32,000 bases of DNA, from contig NC_014148.1 in the NCBI RefSeq assembly GCF_000092105.1, positions 570,001 to 602,000 on the forward strand, given 5' to 3'. The notes below the pieces were generated by a model that saw nothing but the letters and a program-made list of their open reading frames with translations, was not told where the DNA came from and ran no database searches. Shown here in pieces: positions 25,504 through 32,000 of this stretch. The translations under genes and the position numbers were made by a program. The DNA comes from Planctopirus limnophila DSM 3776 (GTDB lineage Bacteria; Planctomycetota; Planctomycetia; Planctomycetales; Planctomycetaceae). The first letter of the stretch is position 1, and every line of letters starts with the position of its first letter.

Positions 25504-26747
25504 TGCGCCGCTGGATATTGCCAGTTCTTGCTGCCGTGGCCTTGGCGTTTTCACTCGTTCATATGAGTTTGGAAAATGTGCGCCCACCGGCACAGTTCCC
25601 GCCTGTGGAACCGGCCAGGTCACCTTATCGACAGGTGGTGGCCGGGTCCGGTCTGATTGAAGCGAAGTCGGAGAACATCTCAGTGGCTGCTGAAACCGCT
25701 GGTGTTGTTACAGAGATTGCCGTTCGAGTGGGCCAGTCGGTCGAAAAGGGCCAGGTATTATTCCGCCTCGATGATCGAAAACAGCGTTCCGAGCTGGGAG
25801 TTCAGACCGCAGCGCTTCTATCGGCCAAAGCTGAGTTGGAGCGATTGAAAGCGTTACCTCGGCCAGAAGATCTTCCTCCCAGTGCTGCAAAACTGGCAGA
25901 GGCCCGTGAGGATCTGGAGTTGCAGAGAGACCAGCTCAACCGTGCCGAAGAATTGGTGGCGAAACGAGTGATCCAGCAGGAAGAACTCGTCCAAAGAAAG
26001 CAGGCCTATTCGATGGCCCGGGCCCGGCTGGAGAACGCCGAGGCGCAGGATCAAAAACTTCGGGCAGGTGCCTGGAGTTATGAAATTGATGTGCAGAAAG
26101 CAGCTGTCCTGCGGGCTGAACAGCAAGTGGCTCAGGCCCAAACAGAAATTGACCGGCTGGTGGTGAAATCTCCGATCAATGGCGTGGTGCTGAAAGTCGA
26201 TTTGCGGCCTGGAGAATTCGTCGGAGCCCCACCGGGTCAGCCATTGATCATCATGGGTGATCTTTCGACCCTGCATGTGCGCGTCGATATTGATGAGCAG
26301 GATATCCCCAGATTTCGTCCCGGATTGCCTGCCAAGGGATTTTTGCGTGGAGACGCCAAGTTTCCCATCGATCTTTCATTTGTGCGAGTAGAACCCTACA
26401 CGCAGCCCAAAAAGTCATTGACCGGTGATAGTAAAGAGCGTGTGGACACTCGCGTCCTGCAGGTGATCTACGCGATTGACCCCAATTGGCGATCCAAGGG
26501 AAAGTCGCCATCCAAAACCGAAAACACCACACCTGTGCCATCAGCAGGTCAACCCGCAACGCACCCACTTGAAAATGAAATCCTGGCCGCGGATGAACCC
26601 GTTGAGATTTACGTCGGACAGCAGATCGATGTCTTTATTGACATCGAAGAGAAGCCTTCGGCCGCTCAGCCGGAGAAAACTTCGCAGGCCAGACGCAAGC
26701 CAGTGTCTTCTGAGAGAATGGTGGCGTTATCAGAGGTGGCGCCCTGA
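25503..26747 (+). CDS. HlyD-family periplasmic adaptor (membrane fusion protein)
   Basis: N-terminal TM (WILPVLAAVALAFSLV). Lipoyl-like half motifs (GVVTEIAVRVGQSVEKGQVLFRLDD and SPINGVVLKVDLRPGEFV) flank a long coiled coil. The start overlaps the ATPase stop (cacTGATGcgc). The C-terminal region carries a Pro/Ser/Lys-rich insertion and tail. Confidence 0.88.
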   Translation: MRRWILPVLAAVALAFSLVHMSLENVRPPAQFPPVEPARSPYRQVVAGSGLIEAKSENISVAAETAGVVTEIAVRVGQSVEKGQVLFRLDDRKQRSELGVQTAALLSAKAELERLKALPRPEDLPPSAAKLAEAREDLELQRDQLNRAEELVAKRVIQQEELVQRKQAYSMARARLENAEAQDQKLRAGAWSYEIDVQKAAVLRAEQQVAQAQTEIDRLVVKSPINGVVLKVDLRPGEFVGAPPGQPLIIMGDLSTLHVRVDIDEQDIPRFRPGLPAKGFLRGDAKFPIDLSFVRVEPYTQPKKSLTGDSKERVDTRVLQVIYAIDPNWRSKGKSPSKTENTTPVPSAGQPATHPLENEILAADEPVEIYVGQQIDVFIDIEEKPSAAQPEKTSQARRKPVSSERMVALSEVAP

Positions 26748-27052
26748 ACCAGGTGGCGTTTTGTTGAGGATCAACGCCGTACTGTGAGTCATTCGGTGGA
26801 TCGCAAAGTATTTGTCTGTATGGTATTGCGATTATATCGACCGGACTGCGGCTGATCAATGTTTTGTTTCGTTCTGAACAAATCAGCGATCAAGCTGCAG
26901 CATCCTAGGGAGTGAGATTTCCTCAATTCGCTTTCTGGCGAACCTGTCAATAAGAAAATTCTCAAGTTTGTTGCAGGTTGAGGCGGGATCATGTTAGTCT
27001 TACCGGTTGCTGCGCAGACTGCGCCGAAACCGATTCGCACAAGGAGTGTTGG

Positions 27053-30000
27053 GTGAGCACCGGCGAAACATCGTACGATCGCGTCAATGAGTTTTCCTCG
27101 ATTAAGATCAATCTGGCCAGCCCTCACGATATCCGGAGCTGGTCCTTCGGTGAGGTGAAAAAGCCGGAGACTATCAACTACCGAACATATCGTCCCGAGA
27201 GGGATGGTTTGTTCTGTGAGCGTATTTTCGGTCCAGAAAAAGACTGGGAATGCGCCTGCGGTAAGTACCGCGGCATGAAGTACAAGGGGATGATCTGCGA
27301 CCGTTGCGGCGTTAAAGTCACGCATAGTCGTGTTCGCCGTAAGCGCATGGGGCACATTGAGTTAGCTGCCCCGGTCGTGCATATCTGGTTCTTCAAGAGT
27401 ATGCCCAGTCGCCTGGGCGCTCTGCTGAGTGTGAAGACGACGTCACTGGAGAAAGTGATCTACTTCCAGGACTACCTGGTGATTGATCCGGGTGACACGA
27501 CTCTGAAGAGGGGTCAGTTGCTCACAGAAGAAGAATATCGTCAGGCCAAAACCAAGTTCGGCGAAGGCAGCTTCGACGCCGACATGGGTGCGGATGCTAT
27601 CAAGAAGATGCTGCTCGATCTGAATCTCGTCGAGATTTCTCAGCAGCTTCGCGTTGAGCTCAAGAAGACGAACAGCCAGCAGAAGAAAAAAGAGCTGATC
27701 AAGCGTCTGAAGATTGTGGAGTCCCTCCGCGACAGCGATAACCGCCCTGAGTGGATGGTGCTCGACTGTGTGCCAGTGATTCCACCTGATCTGCGGCCAC
27801 TGGTGCTGCTCGATTCTGGCAACTTCGCGACGAGCGATCTGAACGACCTCTACCGCCGCATTATCAATCGAAACAATCGGTTGAAAAAACTGGTCGATTT
27901 GAATGCTCCTGAAGTCATCGTGCGCAACGAGAAGCGCATGTTGCAGCAGTCGGTCGATGCGTTGTTTGATAACAATCGCTGCAAGCGGCCAGTGCTTGGC
28001 TCGTCGAATCGTCCGCTCAAATCCTTGACAGATATGATCAAGGGGAAGCAGGGTCGTTTCCGCGAGAACCTGTTGGGTAAGCGCGTTGACTATTCGGCTC
28101 GTTCGGTGATTGTCGTCGGTCCAACCCTGAAGCTGCACCAGTGTGGTTTGCCGAAGAAGATTGCTCTTGAGCTCTATCAGCCCTTCATCATCCGTCGCCT
28201 CAAGGAACTCGGCCATGCCGATACCATTAAGTCGGCTAAGCGGATGCTGGAGCGTCGCGACGAAGAGGTGTGGGATATTCTTGAAGAGGTGATCACGAAT
28301 CACCCGGTGTTGCTCAACCGCGCACCCACGCTGCACCGAATTGGTATTCAGGCGTTTGAACCACAACTGGTGGAAGGGAATGCGATTCGTATTCACCCGC
28401 TGGTTTGCCGTGGTTTTAACGCTGACTTTGACGGTGACCAGATGGCCGTCCACCTGCCGCTCTCGATTGAGGCACAGGTTGAGGCTCATACGCTGATGAT
28501 GTCGACACACAACATCTTCAGCCCGTCGAACGGGGCGCCGATCATCAGTCCGTCACAGGACATTGTGATGGGTTGCTACTATGTGACGATGAAGAAGCCA
28601 GGCCTGATTGGCGACGGCATGACATTCTCTTCGACGCAGGAAGTCTACACAGCCTTCCAGCATGGCAAGGTGCGCCTGCATACTTCGATCCGCGTTCGCC
28701 TGCCGAAAGACAAGCGAGTGAAGGGAGAAGGGGCTGACACCTACAAGAAGGGTGGCCTGGTTGAGACGAGCGTCGGGCGAGTGGTCTTTAACGATATGAT
28801 CTCGCCAAAGATGGCTTTCTATAACTACACCATGAAAGGTCGCGACCTGGCAGGTGTGATTTCCGACTGCTATCTCGAAATGGGTCGTCGCGAAACGATT
28901 GCTCTGCTGGATCGCATGAAGGAAACTGGTTTCCGCGAATCAACTCGCTCGGGCCTTTCTTTTGCCGCCAGCGATCTGAAGACACCACCCAATAAGGACA
29001 AGGTGATTTCGGAAGCCGAAGCTCACGTTCTCAAGTTCCAGAAGAACTATGAGAAGGGTGTGATTACGGCGAAAGAGCGCTATGAACAGACGCTGGACCG
29101 CTGGACTCAGGCTCGCGAAGCGATCACCGTTTCTATGATGGACGAGTTCAAGAACGACGTTCGCGATGAAGGTCGTTATGTGAATCCGATCTTCCTCATG
29201 GCAGATTCGGGTGCACGCGGTGGCGTCGAACAGATTCGGCAGTTGGCCGGTATGCGTGGTTTGATGGCTAAGCCAAGTGGCGAAATCATCGAAACACCGA
29301 TTAAGGCCAACTTCCGCGAAGGCCTGACAGTGCTGGAGTATTTCAGCTCGACACACGGTGCTCGTAAAGGTCTGGCTGATACTGCACTCAAGACAGCCGA
29401 TTCGGGATACCTGACTCGTAAGCTGGCGGATATCTGTCAGAACCTCGTCATCACCATGCGTGATTGCGGCACCACCAAGGGGATTACCCGCGGTGTGATT
29501 TACCGTGGCGAGAAGGTCGAAGTCGGTCTCGCTGACGCCATTCGTGGACGAGTCAGCCGGACGAATATCGTCAATCCTGTGACAGATGAAGTGGTTGTTC
29601 GTGAGGATGAACTGATCACAATCGAGATTGCCCGCAAGATTGAGGCGATGGGCCTGGAGAAAATCCAGGTGCGCAGCCCCATGACCTGTGAGGCAGGCCT
29701 CGGGATCTGTCAGCTTTGCTATGGGATGGATCTCTCCACAGGTGCACTGGTTGAAGAAGGTCTGGCAGTCGGAACGATTGCTGCCCAGTCGATTGGTGAG
29801 CCTGGAACCCAGTTGACGATGCGTACCTTCCACGTGGGTGGAACGGCATCTCGTGACGTGGAAGACAGCGAAATCAAGTGCCGCAAGGGTGGTCGAGTTC
29901 GCTTTGCCCGCGTTCGCAGCGTTGTCAATGCGGATGGTAAAGCCGTGGTGCTGGGGCGCAATGGTGAAGTCACCGTTGTGGACAGCAAAGATCGTGAACT

Positions 30001-31336
30001 CGAGAAGTACACGATTCCGAACGGGGCGACTCTGCAGGTTGCCGAAAACGAAGTCATTGAAGCGGGCCAGATTCTCTGCTCGTGGGATCCTCACTCAGTA
30101 CCGATCCTCTGCGAAGTGGGTGGTAAGGTGCGGTTCGAAGATTTGATCGAGGGTCAGACTGTTCGCTCTGAAACCGATCGCATGGGTAACATTCGTAAGA
30201 CGATCATCGAACATAAGGGTGATCGTCATCCGCAGATTGTGCTGGAAGACAGTGCTGGTAAAATTCTGGACTTCTACTACCTGCCTGAAAGGGCGACAGT
30301 GGAAGTTCTCGAAGGCCAGCAAGTGGCCGCCGGTTCGATTCTGGCGAAGAACCCCCGCGAATCGATGGGTACGCAGGACATCACCGGTGGTCTGCCCCGA
30401 GTTACTGAACTATTCGAAGCCCGTAAGCCTAAAGAACCTGCCATTATCTCTGAGATTGATGGCGAAGTAGAACTGGTGGCTGAGAAGAAACGCGGCAAGC
30501 GAATCATCAAGGTCAAGGGTGTTGACGGGACCGAACGTGAACACATTATTCCCCATGGTAAGCAACTGCTGGTTCACTCAGGTGAGCAGGTGAAAGCCGG
30601 GGATGCCCTTGTTCGCGGACCACTGGTGCCTCACGACATTCTGGCAGTCAGTGGCGAAGAAGCAGTCCATGCCTATTTGCTGCATGAAATCCAGAACGTA
30701 TACCGCTCACAGCGTGTGGTCATCGACGACAAGCACATTGAATTGGTCGTTGCCCAGATGCTGCGAAAGGTTCGTGTGGATGATGTCGGTGATACGACAT
30801 TGCTGCCAGGCGTGCTGATTGACCGGTTTGAATTCCGCAAGATTAATCAGAAGCTTCAGCAGTGTGGCCGAGTGACCGATCCTGGTGACTCAGAATTCCA
30901 TAAGGACGACATTGTCCCGCTGGAAACGATTGCTCAAGTGAACGAAGAAATTGAAGCTTCCGGCGGGCAGCCGATTGCGACGGCCAAGCCACGACCAGCG
31001 TCTGCCAGTACACAATTGCTGGGGATTACGAAGGCCGCTGTGCAGAGCGAAAGCTTCCTGTCGGCAGCCAGTTTCCAGGAAACGACCAAGGTGCTCACGG
31101 AGGCTGCCATCGCCGGTAAGTCCGATTACCTTGTGGGTTTGAAGGAAAACGTGATTCTTGGCCACCTGATTCCCGCAGGAACTGGCTTCAAGCTTCATCA
31201 GAAGTCTGAGGTTCGAATTCGGCCGGAAGCTCTCGCGGAGTTGACTGCCGAAAGAGACAGGATTCTGGCCGCCCGGGCAAACTTGCTCAACGAACCAGAG
31301 ATTTCGCCCAACAGTGGGCTGGGGCGTCTCGAATAA
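27053..31336 (+). CDS. rpoC: DNA-directed RNA polymerase subunit beta'
   Basis: Zn-finger [21 protein letters not shown] and catalytic [12 protein letters not shown]. Also [22 protein letters not shown] and the C-terminal LIPAGTG. The GTG at 27053 is preceded by AAGGAG (27041..27046). The track's earlier start (26978) adds a Cys-rich non-conserved peptide. Confidence 0.97.
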   Translation: MSTGETSYDRVNEFSSIKINLASPHDIRSWSFGEVKKPETINYRTYRPERDGLFCERIFGPEKDWECACGKYRGMKYKGMICDRCGVKVTHSRVRRKRMGHIELAAPVVHIWFFKSMPSRLGALLSVKTTSLEKVIYFQDYLVIDPGDTTLKRGQLLTEEEYRQAKTKFGEGSFDADMGADAIKKMLLDLNLVEISQQLRVELKKTNSQQKKKELIKRLKIVESLRDSDNRPEWMVLDCVPVIPPDLRPLVLLDSGNFATSDLNDLYRRIINRNNRLKKLVDLNAPEVIVRNEKRMLQQSVDALFDNNRCKRPVLGSSNRPLKSLTDMIKGKQGRFRENLLGKRVDYSARSVIVVGPTLKLHQCGLPKKIALELYQPFIIRRLKELGHADTIKSAKRMLERRDEEVWDILEEVITNHPVLLNRAPTLHRIGIQAFEPQLVEGNAIRIHPLVCRGFNADFDGDQMAVHLPLSIEAQVEAHTLMMSTHNIFSPSNGAPIISPSQDIVMGCYYVTMKKPGLIGDGMTFSSTQEVYTAFQHGKVRLHTSIRVRLPKDKRVKGEGADTYKKGGLVETSVGRVVFNDMISPKMAFYNYTMKGRDLAGVISDCYLEMGRRETIALLDRMKETGFRESTRSGLSFAASDLKTPPNKDKVISEAEAHVLKFQKNYEKGVITAKERYEQTLDRWTQAREAITVSMMDEFKNDVRDEGRYVNPIFLMADSGARGGVEQIRQLAGMRGLMAKPSGEIIETPIKANFREGLTVLEYFSSTHGARKGLADTALKTADSGYLTRKLADICQNLVITMRDCGTTKGITRGVIYRGEKVEVGLADAIRGRVSRTNIVNPVTDEVVVREDELITIEIARKIEAMGLEKIQVRSPMTCEAGLGICQLCYGMDLSTGALVEEGLAVGTIAAQSIGEPGTQLTMRTFHVGGTASRDVEDSEIKCRKGGRVRFARVRSVVNADGKAVVLGRNGEVTVVDSKDRELEKYTIPNGATLQVAENEVIEAGQILCSWDPHSVPILCEVGGKVRFEDLIEGQTVRSETDRMGNIRKTIIEHKGDRHPQIVLEDSAGKILDFYYLPERATVEVLEGQQVAAGSILAKNPRESMGTQDITGGLPRVTELFEARKPKEPAIISEIDGEVELVAEKKRGKRIIKVKGVDGTEREHIIPHGKQLLVHSGEQVKAGDALVRGPLVPHDILAVSGEEAVHAYLLHEIQNVYRSQRVVIDDKHIELVVAQMLRKVRVDDVGDTTLLPGVLIDRFEFRKINQKLQQCGRVTDPGDSEFHKDDIVPLETIAQVNEEIEASGGQPIATAKPRPASASTQLLGITKAAVQSESFLSAASFQETTKVLTEAAIAGKSDYLVGLKENVILGHLIPAGTGFKLHQKSEVRIRPEALAELTAERDRILAARANLLNEPEISPNSGLGRLE

Positions 31337-31373
31337 ATCCCTGAGAAGACGCAGGGACTGATTGAGTGGTGTG

Positions 31374-31411
31374 AAGCAGAGAGAGAAACGAGGAGTCGCC
31401 TCTCTCTGCTT
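31374..31411 (+). terminator. 12-bp perfect stem-loop downstream of rpoC (possible terminator, attenuator or processing site)
   Basis: AAGCAGAGAGAG (31374..31385) pairs with CTCTCTCTGCTT (31400..31411) across a 14-nt loop. There is no clear U-tract. Confidence 0.35.
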
Positions 31412-31657
31412 GAATTCTGGTTCATGTGCACTGGCACGGAGCCAGGCGTGAGAACCAACTGAAAGTCGGGTTCGTGACTCGGTTAGGTTGAACTCTCAAC
31501 AGCCGTACGTTATCCTTTTCGACTTTCCAGAGAAACTTATCCGCTCGCAGACATGTTCATTCGGTCTTTTGAGTCCGTAAGTTGTTATCTGGTAAGCACA
31601 TACAAATAGTTCTTGTTGATGCGGCAGATGTCTGCAGCCTGATGGACAGATTGATTT

Positions 31658-32000
31658 ATGCCTACGATTAACCAGCTCGTTCGCAAACCACGCGTGAAGC
31701 AACCTAACCGGACCAAGTCACCGGTACTTGAGGCTTGTCCACAAAAGCGTGGTGTGTGTCTGATGGTGAAGACGATGACTCCTAAAAAGCCAAACTCGGC
31801 TTTGCGGAAGATTGCTCGTGTTCGCCTCTCTAATGGAAAAGAAATTACAGCCTACATCCCTGGTGAAGGGCACAACCTGCAGGAGCACTCGATTGTGCTC
31901 GTGCGCGGTGGTCGTGTTCGCGACTTGCCGGGTGTTCGCTACAAGATCATCCGCGGTGTGCTTGATACTCTGGGTGTGAACAATCGTAAGCAGGCTCGCA
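31658..32000 (+). CDS. rpsL: 30S ribosomal protein S12 (5' part; runs off the window)
   Basis: My own translation reads [100 protein letters not shown]... It is not in the track because there is no in-window stop. Confidence 0.95.
   Translation, partial: MPTINQLVRKPRVKQPNRTKSPVLEACPQKRGVCLMVKTMTPKKPNSALRKIARVRLSNGKEITAYIPGEGHNLQEHSIVLVRGGRVRDLPGVRYKIIRGVLDTLGVNNRKQAR

Noticed and set aside
26789-27355. Minus-strand ORF of 188 aa, and the extended rpoC start at 26978
   Set aside because: The minus-strand ORF is antisense to the rpoC 5' end and upstream region and has no motifs. The 26978 start adds 25 non-conserved residues, while GTG 27053 has an AAGGAG site and gives the conserved N-terminus.
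27443-30094. Long antisense ORFs inside rpoC (27443..28510, 355 aa; 28940..30094, 384 aa)
   Set aside because: The rpoC identity on the plus strand is unambiguous. The antisense products have no motifs and a composition typical of the reverse frame of a codon-biased gene.
31488-31516. Candidate rpsL promoter TTGAAC-N17-TATCCT
   Set aside because: The spacing is acceptable, but the -10 element is weak and the site is 140 nt from the ATG. rpsL may equally be read through from rpoC. Too speculative to list as a feature.
1-32000. Search for tRNA/rRNA genes, transposases, integrases, terminal inverted repeats, and phage or defence-system genes
   Set aside because: I recognised none by eye. The YraN-family gene has a nuclease fold but is a widespread housekeeping-type family. 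It has no partner genes suggesting a defence system.

Overview
The window is mostly coding and looks like a Planctomycetota-type chromosome; that attribution is an inference from gene content only. No rRNA, tRNA, CRISPR array or mobile element was seen.

Layout from left to right:
1. 1-6635 (-): a giant secreted protein, cut off at its 3' end by the window edge. It is missing from the ORF track because it has no in-window stop. It reads as signal peptide, then an inverse-autotransporter-like beta-barrel, then a very long parallel beta-helix passenger with a leishmanolysin (M8)-like HEMGH metalloprotease nested inside.
2. 7213-10434: small genes. These are a secreted LTxxQ/coiled-coil protein with a clean terminator, an orphan CheY-like receiver, a YraN/UPF0102 nuclease-fold protein, and a divergent CsrA-like protein with an acidic tail.
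3. 10597-22108 (-): a lipid/polyketide locus. It holds a 2414-aa PfaA/HglE/ArsA-like KS-AT-ACPx3-KR-DH megasynthase, a PfaD-like trans enoyl reductase, two unknown overlapping convergent ORFs, and a type III PKS. No PfaB/PfaC, FabA-type DH, thioesterase or PPTase lies in the window.
4. 22594-26747 (+): a divergent TetR regulator, with a sigma70-like promoter and a palindrome, followed by a MacB/DevCAB-type tripartite exporter (permease, ATPase, HlyD-type adaptor).
5. 27053-32000 (+): rpoC, not preceded by rpoB, then the start of rpsL.

The best candidate for an undescribed system is the type I FAS/PKS + trans-ER + type III PKS + regulator/exporter neighbourhood. I predict it makes and exports long-chain phenolic lipid. 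The second candidate is the inverse-autotransporter with a beta-helix/protease passenger. All family calls come from motif reading by eye; no database search was possible.
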